The translations under genes and the position numbers were made by a program. This document shows, in pieces, positions 28,205-37,355 of a DNA stretch of 64,000 bases. Under the pieces are notes generated by a model. The model saw nothing but the letters and a program-made list of their open reading frames with translations. It was not told the DNA's origin and made no database searches. Position 1 is the stretch's first letter. Each line of letters starts with the position of its first letter. The DNA lies in the IMG/VR virus record IMGVR_UViG_3300047472_000191, positions 1 to 64,000 of that record. One strand, 5' to 3'. This stretch comes from a virus.

Positions 28205-28480
28205 CGTCGGCGGTTACCCCGAAATTCGTAACCTGCCGGGTAACCGGCCCCCTCTTTGTTAGGCTGTCTAACGGTTTGAAGATCATCTTTTACCAAACGA
28301 ATGGACGTTACTCGACGATTACCCTACTGGTTGCCCCAAAAGTTACTTCTAGAAAACCCTATCTGACCTGCACATATTCATGATCGTTACCTGGTTACCC
28401 GTGTTTGTGTGCCTGCATACGCGCGCACGCTACGCGCACGGAACGACGGCACCTCATCTTTCTGGAAGGGGTAACCGGGC
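28205..28480. repeat. AT-richer intergenic region with GTTAC/GTAAC repeat array (candidate ori or parS)
   Basis: About 10 copies between the divergent promoters at 28136 and 28523. Confidence 0.5.
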
Positions 28481-28568
28481 TTCGGGATAGAGAAGGGGCT
28501 CGTGTACATGATCAATATGTGCTAGGGTAGATACGTACTGAAGGGGACACCGAACCCGAGGGGACCTC

Positions 28569-28757
28569 ATGAACGAGCAGCGCGAACAGACCGCAGACAA
28601 GACGGTCATCGACTCGTACCCGACCGAAGAGGCGGCGTGGGCTCAGGCGCACAAGTTCGCCGCGACGCTCAAGTCCCGTGGCCTGGCAGCCAAGATGGGC
28701 GTCACCGTTAAGAAGGCGTCTGGAGTCTGGCTGATCGTCCTGGTCAAGCGAGGCTAG
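28569..28757 (+). CDS. hypothetical protein
   Basis: Follows repeat promoter 28523. Confidence 0.7.
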   Translation: MNEQREQTADKTVIDSYPTEEAAWAQAHKFAATLKSRGLAAKMGVTVKKASGVWLIVLVKRG

Positions 28758-28838
28758 GCCCCTGGGGTTGTATCTGCCCCAGGAACCTGTTAGTGTAGAT
28801 ACATCGAAACGGACAACACCGAACCGAGGAGACCGTCC

Positions 28839-29186
28839 ATGAGCACCCAGAAGCCCGCCGCCACCATCGTCCCTGTTGCCGCGATCCGCGCCGGATACAA
28901 GGTCGCGTTCGCCGTGGGCGTCAACGGCAAGGAGATCCTGTCCCGTGGCGAGGTCTTCTCGTTCCGCCGCGTCGGCAAGAACCGCGCGGAGATCGTTCTC
29001 CTCCATGCCAAGACCGGCTCGCTCTTCACGAACATTTTGAAGGGTGACAGCCCCGTGGAGGTGCACGCTGAGGCCCTGGTGGCAGACCCCACGGACGCGC
29101 TCTCCGTCGCCCTCATGGTGCACGTGCAGGAGCTGCTGAAGGGCCAGGCTTCCGACTTTTACACGATCATGCCCATCGAGGACTGA
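28839..29186 (+). CDS. hypothetical protein
   Basis: Follows TTGTAT-N17-TAGTGT(28791) and conserved leader. Confidence 0.75.
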   Translation: MSTQKPAATIVPVAAIRAGYKVAFAVGVNGKEILSRGEVFSFRRVGKNRAEIVLLHAKTGSLFTNILKGDSPVEVHAEALVADPTDALSVALMVHVQELLKGQASDFYTIMPIED

Positions 29187-29345
29187 TCGTCCCTCACACT
29201 CCCGGCCGTCCGTGTCCATGCCGGACGGCCGGGGGCACCACCTCGCACACCCTCCTGATGGAGAAAGGGCGGGAGAGCACCAGCTCTCCCGCCTTTCGCG
29301 CTAGCGTAGACACCCCAAAACTGGACACCACCCAAGGAGACCAAA

Positions 29346-29645
29346 ATGGCCCAGTACCCGTTTGCCGTCGTGTTCACGACCGAGACCGACCTGTTCAGGT
29401 ACGTCGTGACCGCCAACGACCGCGTGCAGGCCCAGGCCCGCGCCCGCAAGAAGCACTACGCGGCGCAGGGGGAGGACGCTCCGGGGGATGTGGGCCGGAC
29501 TCTGAATCTCGACCCGAAGCGGGTGGACGGCAAGTTCCTCCCGCGTATCGACGGAACGGTGATGTCCCAGGTACCGCGCGATACCAAGGCGGAGGCGGTC
29601 GACGCTGCGCTGGAGTTCCTCAACACCCGGAGGTCAAACGCATGA
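29346..29645 (+). CDS. hypothetical protein
   Basis: Follows variant promoter 29302; AAGGAG RBS. Confidence 0.75.
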   Translation: MAQYPFAVVFTTETDLFRYVVTANDRVQAQARARKKHYAAQGEDAPGDVGRTLNLDPKRVDGKFLPRIDGTVMSQVPRDTKAEAVDAALEFLNTRRSNA

Positions 29646-29881
29646 TGACGGAGCTGGAACGAGCGGTGGTCCGCTACCTGAGGCACAACCAGGTGACGTA
29701 CACGAAGAGCTGTCGGTGTCCGGCGGACAGCTGGGCGCCGTGTGGTGGGCAGTATGAGGGCCGCTACAGCCCGGCTTGCCCGCAGCACAGCAAGCGTCAG
29801 CCGCTGGAGACGTCGCATCATCCGGCGGGGTGCCCGGTGAGGTCGGTGGATCCGCTGGTCACAGCAGTGGAAGGCATCTGA
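29642..29881 (+). CDS. Cys/His-rich hypothetical protein
   Basis: ATGA overlap; start re-called. Confidence 0.6.
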   Translation: MMTELERAVVRYLRHNQVTYTKSCRCPADSWAPCGGQYEGRYSPACPQHSKRQPLETSHHPAGCPVRSVDPLVTAVEGI

Positions 29882-30001
29882 CGGTGTTAGGGATATTAGG
29901 GGCGTTAGGCGGGTGGGATCCGGGTCTTCCTCGCAGCCATTTACGCCTTCTGCTGTAGCCCGTACGACGAAGAACACCCACCCGGACAAGGGAGCACGAC
30001 C

Positions 30002-30139
30002 ATGAACTGCCCCAAGTGCGCGTCCACCAACGTCACATCGGCTGCGGGCAAGTCTGGAATCTGGAAGTGCCTGTCCCCGGACTGCGGTATCGAGTTCAAC
30101 CGTGATGCGCAGGCCAGGCGCCTCGGTGTCATCCGGTAG
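30002..30139 (+). CDS. 45-aa Zn-ribbon protein (not in ORF track)
   Basis: MNCPKCASTNV...WKCLSPDCG; GGGAG RBS. Confidence 0.65.
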   Translation: MNCPKCASTNVTSAAGKSGIWKCLSPDCGIEFNRDAQARRLGVIR

Positions 30140-30235
30140 AAGTGGCACTAGCAGAAAGCCCCGGAGGGTTTCCGAACTCCGGGGCTTTCTGCTAGGGTAG
30201 ATACATCAAGTCGGGACACCGTCCAAGGAGACCCC

Positions 30236-30739
30236 ATGCCCAAGATCGTCGTCAGTGCTGAAGTCGAAAGCCGGACCACCCGTTGCGCCGACCCCAGCGA
30301 CCCCTGGGACGCCGGTGACACCGAAGGCCGGGTGAGCAACGTAGAGGCGTTTCTTGACCGCCACGACGGCCGCTATTACGGAGAGTCCGTCGCCCGCGAT
30401 CTGGACGTGAAGATCGGCGACACCGTGTTTGCGGTCGTTGCCGACTACGAGAGCGGCAGCACCTTCGGCCGCAGCGGAGGACACGCGACCGTTCTCGACG
30501 TCTTCACCACTCTGCCGGAAGCGGAAGCCCTGCTGGAAGCCGCCCAGGCGCCTCCGGCAAGCGACGACTACAGCGACAAGTACTGTTTCACGCACAACGG
30601 CGTGGGCTACCACCGAAGCTGGGTCGGCCACTTCGAGAGCCTCAACGAGCTGGCGATCTGGGACATACAGGTCAAGCAGAACCCCCACGACCCGATCAAG
30701 CGCGGTCCCGGCCGCTACAGCCTCAAGCGAGGGCACTGA
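30236..30739 (+). CDS. hypothetical phage protein
   Basis: Follows repeat promoter 30193. Confidence 0.8.
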   Translation: MPKIVVSAEVESRTTRCADPSDPWDAGDTEGRVSNVEAFLDRHDGRYYGESVARDLDVKIGDTVFAVVADYESGSTFGRSGGHATVLDVFTTLPEAEALLEAAQAPPASDDYSDKYCFTHNGVGYHRSWVGHFESLNELAIWDIQVKQNPHDPIKRGPGRYSLKRGH

Positions 30740-30742
30740 TTC

Positions 30743-30943
30743 ATGCCGCAAGTGATCGACCGTCAGCCGGACAACCCCCGTCCCGTGTGCGAAAGGTGCG
30801 CTGTCTGGATCTGCACCGAATGCTGGGAATACCGGCGACGTGGGGCAGTACTGACCGAGCCGCCGATCTGCCGACGCTGCGGGGGAATCCAGGGGCAGTT
30901 CATCGCCCTGCGGCATCGGTCCGGTAAGTCGTGTACGCCGTAA
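30743..30943 (+). CDS. Zn-finger protein
   Basis: Three CxxC motifs. Confidence 0.6.
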   Translation: MPQVIDRQPDNPRPVCERCAVWICTECWEYRRRGAVLTEPPICRRCGGIQGQFIALRHRSGKSCTP

Positions 30944-31020
30944 CGGTTTTCTCTCGCCCTGCTTTCTGCTAGGGTAGATACATTACATCGCAACCCCAAC
31001 TGACTATGGAGGACACACCT

Positions 31021-31614
31021 ATGAGCGCTCCGATCACCCTCAGCAAGGACGACGGCGCCGCCGATCTCGACGGAGTCACCCACATGGCCATCGGCGTCTC
31101 CTGGGACACCACCGCCGGGAGCAGCGGTGGCGTGGCGGGCTTCCTGCGCAACAAGGTCGGCACCGACCTCGACCTGATCGCCATCGCCATGCAGGGGCCG
31201 GACCCGGTGCGTCTCGCGGGCCTGGACTCCCTGGACCCCATGACCAACGGGTCCCTGGTGCACAGCGGCGACAACCAGACGGGCAAGGGCGAGGGGGACG
31301 ACGAGATCGTCACGGTTGACTTCGCCCGGATCCCGCCGAACGTCACGGCGATCGTCTTCGTCGCTGCCGCCTACAAGAAGGGCAGTTCCTTCCAGAAGGC
31401 CCGAAACATCAGCTTCAAGGTGTACGACGCCACCGGCGGCAGCAGTACGCAGGTGGCCGACATCTGGCCGTCCCTCCTCAGCGCGGACAACGGCTGCGCG
31501 GTCGCCAAGGCGTTTCGCGATGGCAACGGCTGGAAGCTCCAGGTCGTCAACGAGACGGGGAAGATCAAGCAGGGTGACGAGTACGCTCTGATGCGCTTCG
31601 CCATCAACAAGTGA
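31021..31614 (+). CDS. terD: TerD-family protein
   Basis: 'GVSWD', 'DLDLIA', 'HSGDNQTGKGEGDDEIVTVDF..IP..V..IVF', 'SFQKARN'. Confidence 0.85.
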   Translation: MSAPITLSKDDGAADLDGVTHMAIGVSWDTTAGSSGGVAGFLRNKVGTDLDLIAIAMQGPDPVRLAGLDSLDPMTNGSLVHSGDNQTGKGEGDDEIVTVDFARIPPNVTAIVFVAAAYKKGSSFQKARNISFKVYDATGGSSTQVADIWPSLLSADNGCAVAKAFRDGNGWKLQVVNETGKIKQGDEYALMRFAINK

Positions 31615-31793
31615 CCGTCTACCACGACTTCGTGCCCGCCAAGGATGGCAACCCGGTCATGGACCGCTGTCCGGCCGAGGGCTGTGAAGCCACCGAAGGT
31701 CTGTGGATCATGGAGTGTGCTCCCGGGTACACCTGGACCTTCGTCAACGACTGCGGTCACTGGGGCTTCATCCACAAGAAGCCCGACGCGTGA
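31611..31793 (+). CDS. small Zn-binding protein
   Basis: GTGA overlap; Cys pairs. Confidence 0.6.
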   Translation: MTVYHDFVPAKDGNPVMDRCPAEGCEATEGLWIMECAPGYTWTFVNDCGHWGFIHKKPDA

Positions 31794-31876
31794 TTCCATA
31801 ACCCCCGGGGCTTCCGAGCCTCGGGGGTTTATGCTAGGGTAGATACATCGAGCAGGACACCGACTAAGGAGACCTC

Positions 31877-32182
31877 ATGGCATCGCTGGATACCCCCGCC
31901 ACCCTCCCCCTCACCCGTAACCACCTCGTGGAAGTTATCCGGTACACGGACGGCGTGGACGTCGGTGAGATCGTCTGGGAGTACGACGGGATGCACGGCT
32001 TCGGCTTCACCGTCGTCGGCAACGAAATCGCCGCGTTCGGCCGGTTCCTCCAGGCGATCACCCGAGTGTTCGACAATGACCGGCTGACGCAGATCTTCGT
32101 GGACCGGGTCATCATCGGCTACCCCTTCAGCCAGGGCAACCCCACCAAGCTCGTGTTCTTCCCGGTTCAGCTCATCGACTGA
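31877..32182 (+). CDS. hypothetical protein
   Basis: Follows repeat promoter 31835. Confidence 0.75.
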   Translation: MASLDTPATLPLTRNHLVEVIRYTDGVDVGEIVWEYDGMHGFGFTVVGNEIAAFGRFLQAITRVFDNDRLTQIFVDRVIIGYPFSQGNPTKLVFFPVQLID

Positions 32183-32267
32183 CCGACTCGCACGACCCCC
32201 GGCGCCACCCCTCACTTCCGAGGGGTGGCGCCTAGTACGTTCCACCTGCAAGAGATAGGCTAGATCC

Positions 32268-33200
32268 ATGTCCGAAAAGCTAGATGCCGCCCTCGAATGG
32301 CTGGAGGACGGGTACGTCCTTGCCAAGCTGCACGGCCTGACCCGCCGGGGCGTCTGCACCTGCGGTAAGCCCTGCGGCAAGCGCGCGGGCAAGCATCCAG
32401 TGTTCAAGGACCCGCACGGCGAGCACGCCATCCGTACCCCCGAACAGGCCGAGGCCGCGTTCTCCAGCGGTTTGTACAACTTGGGGCTAGTTACCGGCAG
32501 TCCTACCGGCATCGTCGTACTGGACGTGGACACGGACGAAGGCAAGGTGGGCCGGGAGTCTCTGGAGAAGCTGGCAGCCGCGCACGGCTGGGACGATCTG
32601 ACCGCGACCCGGCAGCACCGGACCGGAGGCGGCGGGACGCAATTTCTCTTCAGCTACAAGGGACCGGTCCTCAAGACCACGCTGTCGGTGCTCGGACCAG
32701 ACCTGGACTTCAAGGCCGGGGACGGCGGGGCGTTCATCGTGCTCCCTCCGTCGCGCAGTGCGAAGGGCCTGTACGAGGTGCTGTCGGACGACCCCATCCA
32801 GAAAGCCCCCAGCTGGCTCCTGAAGCTCTGCGAGAGGCAGACCGACCCGACGGGCCGGGAGGGCACTGTTCAAGCCTCCAGCGTGGCGTGGACGGCCCCT
32901 CCGGACGGTGCCACGGCTCAACGGTGGGACTACTACGCGGAGCGGGTCATCTGGGAAGCACGGGAGAAACTCCGGGACCTCCAGACCGCCAAGAGCGGCT
33001 GGACGATGGGGATCTTCTCCGCCTGCTGCACGATCTTCGAAATAGCGAATTCGCCCTGGAATACGGTCGGTGTCCGGGAAGCGGAGCGGCTGATCCGGCA
33101 GGTACTGCCTGTCGTGACCGACGGCAGCGACTTCAATCCGTGGGATGTAGTCGAGCAGGCAAAGCGCAGAACAGCAGGCAAGGGGCGCCCTGCCCCCTGA
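32268..33200 (+). CDS. Bifunctional DNA primase/polymerase (Prim-Pol) domain protein
   Basis: 'CTCGKPC...GKHP', 'NLGLVTG..TGIVVLDVD', 'RTGGGG', 'DFKAG.G.FIVLPPS'. Confidence 0.85.
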   Translation: MSEKLDAALEWLEDGYVLAKLHGLTRRGVCTCGKPCGKRAGKHPVFKDPHGEHAIRTPEQAEAAFSSGLYNLGLVTGSPTGIVVLDVDTDEGKVGRESLEKLAAAHGWDDLTATRQHRTGGGGTQFLFSYKGPVLKTTLSVLGPDLDFKAGDGGAFIVLPPSRSAKGLYEVLSDDPIQKAPSWLLKLCERQTDPTGREGTVQASSVAWTAPPDGATAQRWDYYAERVIWEAREKLRDLQTAKSGWTMGIFSACCTIFEIANSPWNTVGVREAERLIRQVLPVVTDGSDFNPWDVVEQAKRRTAGKGRPAP

Positions 33201-33224
33201 CCTTGGAAGGCTTGGGAGGGTGTA

Positions 33225-33593
33225 ATGGATCTGACGGTTGGGCAGATGGCGCACGTGGTGCACGAGGCGAACCGGGCGTTACAGCGGATTGTCGGGGATG
33301 CCGTGGTATCCCCGACGTGGTGGGAGGCCCCACTGCATCAGCGGGACGGGCTCATGCACGGCGTGCGGAGGGCTCTTGCGGGCGCTACGCCGGAAGAGCT
33401 GCACGAGGAATGGGTGCAGTGGCGCACGGACCGGGGATGGCGGTACGGGCTGATCAAAGATGACTTTGCCAAGACCCATCCGTGTCTGGTCCCGTATGAC
33501 CAGCTGCCTGCCGAACAGCGGGTGAAGGATCATCTGTTGTTGGCGATCGTGACCACGCTGGCGGCGCACTTGTCTCCGGTGGAATCGGCCTAG
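33225..33593 (+). CDS. RyR-domain protein
   Basis: 'HEEW...R...GWRYG..KD...KTHPCLVPYDQLP..QR.KD'. Confidence 0.85.
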   Translation: MDLTVGQMAHVVHEANRALQRIVGDAVVSPTWWEAPLHQRDGLMHGVRRALAGATPEELHEEWVQWRTDRGWRYGLIKDDFAKTHPCLVPYDQLPAEQRVKDHLLLAIVTTLAAHLSPVESA

Positions 33594-33664
33594 TTGCACA
33601 CCCCTAGTTCATTGTGCTAGGGTAGATATATCGCAACGAGGAACACCGAACCGAGGAGACCCTC

Positions 33665-34177
33665 ATGCCCGTAACACCCCTGCTGCAACTCGATGTCGAC
33701 GGCGTGCTTTCGCCGGATAAAGCCTGGTCAAAGCCCCAGGGCTACAACGCGTTCCAGGTCTGGCGTACCGAGCTGGGTATCACCCAGAGGAAGCCCCAGC
33801 GCATGTGGCTGAACAAGAACCATGGGACGTGGCTCAAGGCACTCGACGTCGACATGATCTGGGCAACCGCCTGGGAGGGTGCTGCGAACTGGGAGATCGG
33901 CCCGCGCATCGGCCTGGATCCCATGGACCACATCACCTTCAGCAATCGCAGCTATCTGCGAAACCCCGACGGGTCTCACTGGAAGTTGGACGACGTGATG
34001 CTGAACGCGGACGGGCGGCCGTTCGTATGGGTGGATGACGGTATCTCGGGTGCGGACACCGTCAGGGTCGCACTGGAGTACCCGGCGCCTGCTCTCCTGT
34101 ACCGCGTCGATCCCCGGTGGGGGCTCACCATTGACGACATGACCAGCATCTGGCAGTGGATCGATGTCGTGTCGTAA
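33665..34177 (+). CDS. HAD-superfamily protein
   Basis: 'LDVDGVL', 'WATAW', 'WKL', 'FVWVDD'. Confidence 0.8.
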   Translation: MPVTPLLQLDVDGVLSPDKAWSKPQGYNAFQVWRTELGITQRKPQRMWLNKNHGTWLKALDVDMIWATAWEGAANWEIGPRIGLDPMDHITFSNRSYLRNPDGSHWKLDDVMLNADGRPFVWVDDGISGADTVRVALEYPAPALLYRVDPRWGLTIDDMTSIWQWIDVVS

Positions 34178-34292
34178 CGGGGTACGCACGTTCTGTAGCA
34201 GGGAAGCCTGTCAGCTCCGGCTGGCGGGCTTTCTTGCGCGTAAGATCTCTTTTTCACTAGGGTAGATAAAATTATCTAGCGAGGGATGCAAC

Positions 34293-34523
34293 ATGGATCT
34301 GTCCAGTCTTGAGTCGGACCCGGTGAGCGCGGTCAATCCCAATGAGCTGCTGAACAGGCTGCGGGAGGCCTGTCAGCAGACGATGACGGACTTGGACGAC
34401 CCGGAGACTGCGGAAGAGGTTGCTAGCAACGAGGCGGTCATGGCGACGCTTTTCTTGCAGCTGGACGACTGGCTGTCCCGGAGGGGGTTCCTGCCCGCCG
34501 CGTGGCAGGACACAACCGAGTAG
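34293..34523 (+). CDS. hypothetical protein
   Basis: Follows motif at 34258. Confidence 0.7.
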   Translation: MDLSSLESDPVSAVNPNELLNRLREACQQTMTDLDDPETAEEVASNEAVMATLFLQLDDWLSRRGFLPAAWQDTTE

Positions 34524-34691
34524 GTGTGCTAGGGTAGAACTATCCGCGTGAGGCAGGTTGGCGGTCGAATCGCAACACTCTACCGAACATACGAGTGATA
34601 GCTCACAGATTCGACTCAAATCACCCATAAACAAGCCTGACCCCGGTGTAATACCGGGGTCAAGTTGTGTTCCGAACAAGGAGAGTTCCCC

Positions 34692-35168
34692 ATGCACATG
34701 ATCACGGGCACCGCACTGTCTCTTTCCATGGCAGGAGGCCTGGTCCTCGCCGCTGCACCAGACTCCCAGGCAGCCCCGTCGCTACGCGTCCAAGCAGAGT
34801 CGATAGCCGAAAAACAGATCGGCGACCCCTACCGCTGGGGCGCCACCGGCCCTAACGCCTTCGACTGCTCCGGCCTCGTGAAGTACGCGTTCAGCAAGGT
34901 CGGAAAAACGATTCCCCGCACAGCCCAGCAGCAGTACAACGCCTCCCGCCACGAGTCCTGGCGCTCCCGCACGAAGGGCGACATCGTTGCCTTCGGCACG
35001 TCGGCCCGCCGCATCACGCACATCGGGATCTACGTGGGGTACTGGAAGGGCAAGAGCTGGATGATCAACGCGAACACAGGCGCCTACCGGGGCCGCAAGG
35101 TCGTCATCGCCCCCATCCTCGAATACCTCGGCGGCGGCCGTCACGCGTACTACGGACGCATCGGCTAA
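34692..35168 (+). CDS. Secreted NlpC/P60 peptidoglycan peptidase
   Basis: Signal peptide; 'GDPYRWGATGPNAFDCSGLV', 'PRTAQQQ', 'GDIVAF', 'HIGIY'. Confidence 0.9.
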   Translation: MHMITGTALSLSMAGGLVLAAAPDSQAAPSLRVQAESIAEKQIGDPYRWGATGPNAFDCSGLVKYAFSKVGKTIPRTAQQQYNASRHESWRSRTKGDIVAFGTSARRITHIGIYVGYWKGKSWMINANTGAYRGRKVVIAPILEYLGGGRHAYYGRIG

Positions 35169-35260
35169 GCAGTATCTGGTGCAGTAGACCAGGGCGGGAT
35201 ACCTACGGGTACCCCGCCCTTCGTCTTTTCAGGTACTAGGGTCTGCGCTAGTGTAGATAC

Positions 35261-35773
35261 GTGACTGACTCTCCTCTTCTCTCCGAGCGTGAGCGGGTCG
35301 TGCTCCGCCTCACCGCCGAAGGCCTCACCGCTGAGCAGATCGGGACCTTCCTGGACCTGACCCCCACCACGGTGCACGTACACCTGTTCCGGGTCCGTCA
35401 GAAGCTCGGCGCCCAGACCAACCCGCATGCAGTCCTCATAGCAGCCTGGCATCACGCGCATCTTCTGGCAGGTGCAGTTGCCAAGCACGGCACCGCGAAG
35501 GCTGTAGACGCGCACGACGAATATGAGACTCCGCTGTGTGGGCCGTGTGCGGAGCATGCTGAGATCCCGGTGCGCAAGCCGTCCTCGCCCTACCGTCGTC
35601 TCACACCGGTGGGTGAGCGGTTGAAGCGGGGGGAGGATGTGGCCTGCGGGACCATTCAGGCGGCGCGGCGGCATCTCCGGAACAAGGAGCGGCTCGACGA
35701 TCTCACCTGCGGGTGCCAGGAGGCGTATCAGGAGTGGTGGCGGGAGTACCGGCGCTTGCGCCCCTCCGCATGA
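35261..35773 (+). CDS. LuxR-type HTH regulator with Cys-rich C-terminus, probably leaderless
   Basis: 'LSERERVVLRLTAEGLTAEQIG..L.LTPTTVHVHL..VRQKLG'; GTG directly after TAGTGT-AGATAC. Confidence 0.85.
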   Translation: MTDSPLLSERERVVLRLTAEGLTAEQIGTFLDLTPTTVHVHLFRVRQKLGAQTNPHAVLIAAWHHAHLLAGAVAKHGTAKAVDAHDEYETPLCGPCAEHAEIPVRKPSSPYRRLTPVGERLKRGEDVACGTIQAARRHLRNKERLDDLTCGCQEAYQEWWREYRRLRPSA

Positions 35774-35885
35774 GCGACCCCCGGACAGGCTGGCATAGGC
35801 CCTTGTCCGGGGGTTTTGCGTTTCCTTCGAGTCGTATGCTAGGGTAGATATATCAGCCGGGCACACCAGAACCGAGGAGACCGCC

Positions 35886-36182
35886 ATGTCTGTACGCCTG
35901 ATCGCCATCGACCCCTGGGACTGCGGGTGCACCGAATGCATCATCGGCGAGTACAAGCCCCTGATGAGCGCGACGGACGACGACATCGCGGATCTGCTGG
36001 CGGGGCGCCTGCGGGACAACACCTATGACGGGTCGCTGGATGTCTCGATGAACTACCGGACCAGCAAGGACGACAACTCCCGGCTGACGTTGGAAATCGA
36101 GAGCGTCACGGTGACGTACACGGACTACGACGGCTCCGAGAGGACGTGGAGCCCCGACCCGTACCGCGCGGGCCTGGCGTAG
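35886..36182 (+). CDS. hypothetical protein
   Basis: Follows repeat promoter 35840 and leader. Confidence 0.75.
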   Translation: MSVRLIAIDPWDCGCTECIIGEYKPLMSATDDDIADLLAGRLRDNTYDGSLDVSMNYRTSKDDNSRLTLEIESVTVTYTDYDGSERTWSPDPYRAGLA

Positions 36183-36268
36183 TAGTTCGACCAGGGAGGC
36201 GGGTTGCATGCTCGCCTCCCTGCTGCTAGGGTAGATATAACGCAGACACCGAAACCGAGGAGACCGCG

Positions 36269-36508
36269 ATGGACGCCACCGAGATGTACGCCTTCCAGTA
36301 CAACGAGGAAAACGGCTACCTGCCGGAGGAGGTCTACATCCCCACCGACGAAGACGACCTGTCCGACCCCGAGCAGCGCGAGATCATCGAGATGGTCATG
36401 GACGGCTACCGCCTGACCAACGAGGCCCGCCGTGCCCAGCGTGACCGGGACCGCATCGCGTGCCTGACGCAGCTCCTTGCCGAGAACGGAATCGAGATCC
36501 CGGAATGA
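36269..36508 (+). CDS. acidic hypothetical protein
   Basis: Follows repeat promoter 36227 and leader. Confidence 0.75.
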   Translation: MDATEMYAFQYNEENGYLPEEVYIPTDEDDLSDPEQREIIEMVMDGYRLTNEARRAQRDRDRIACLTQLLAENGIEIPE

Positions 36509-36774
36509 CCGAGCGGATCACCTGGTCCGGCGACTGGTCCAAGAACGTGGGGACGGTGAACGGGGTCCACCTGTTCACCATCTACCGCAACCACGGCCAC
36601 AACCCCGCCGGTTTCCCCTTCCACTTTGAGCACCGCTTCGGCGGATTCTCCCAGGTCAAGAGGTGCTACGCGGCGGAGCCGGTCGCCAAGGAACGCTGCG
36701 AGACCGTGCTGATGAACATCATGACGAAGCTGGGGTTCGTCCCGGCGCCCGACCCGACTGAGGAGACCCCATGA
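36505..36774 (+). CDS. hypothetical protein
   Basis: ATGA overlaps; start re-called. Confidence 0.65.
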   Translation: MTERITWSGDWSKNVGTVNGVHLFTIYRNHGHNPAGFPFHFEHRFGGFSQVKRCYAAEPVAKERCETVLMNIMTKLGFVPAPDPTEETP

Positions 36775-37091
36775 ACAGTGTGCGTGCCGATGAGGTGCAC
36801 CTGCGAGACCGAATCACGATCAAGGATTCGGACGGAGAGTGGGTCACCGGCAAGGTCATCGAACTCGCCCTGTTCGGGGAGCAGTACGAAACCATCAGCA
36901 TCACGATCCTGACCGACTTCCCCAGGCTGGTGCGCGATCACTTCGTGCCTGATCACCTCATCACGTGCGAGCGCGGCACGGAGGACCCGGCCACCGTGAG
37001 GACTCGGGAACACGCCCGGGAGCAGGCCCGGAATGCCCTGCTGAAGAACTCTGCGCACGTCCCCATCGACCCCACTCACGACCCTCACTGA
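36771..37091 (+). CDS. hypothetical protein (paralog of 38258..38485)
   Basis: GAGGAG RBS. Confidence 0.7.
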   Translation: MNSVRADEVHLRDRITIKDSDGEWVTGKVIELALFGEQYETISITILTDFPRLVRDHFVPDHLITCERGTEDPATVRTREHAREQARNALLKNSAHVPIDPTHDPH

Positions 37092-37109
37092 GAACGGAAT
37101 CGAGACCCC

Positions 37110-37346
37110 GTGACCTCCATCAGCTACGAGGACGTCCTCACCGAAGCGAACCGCGTCGGCTCTTCCAGGGCGTCTGATGCCGGACTCATGGCGCAACTCT
37201 GTGCGAACGTCCTCCAGACCTTGGTGGGGGCCGTCTCCCCGAAGCTCGTGTGGGAGGGCGCGCAGAAACAGGGCCTGACCTCGCAAGACTTGATGCGCAT
37301 GGCGCGCGACGAACCCCGCGCAGTCCACAACCTGATGTGGATCTAA
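37110..37346 (+). CDS. hypothetical protein
   Basis: Operon spacing. Confidence 0.65.
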   Translation: MTSISYEDVLTEANRVGSSRASDAGLMAQLCANVLQTLVGAVSPKLVWEGAQKQGLTSQDLMRMARDEPRAVHNLMWI

Positions 37347-37355
37347 GGAGACCTC

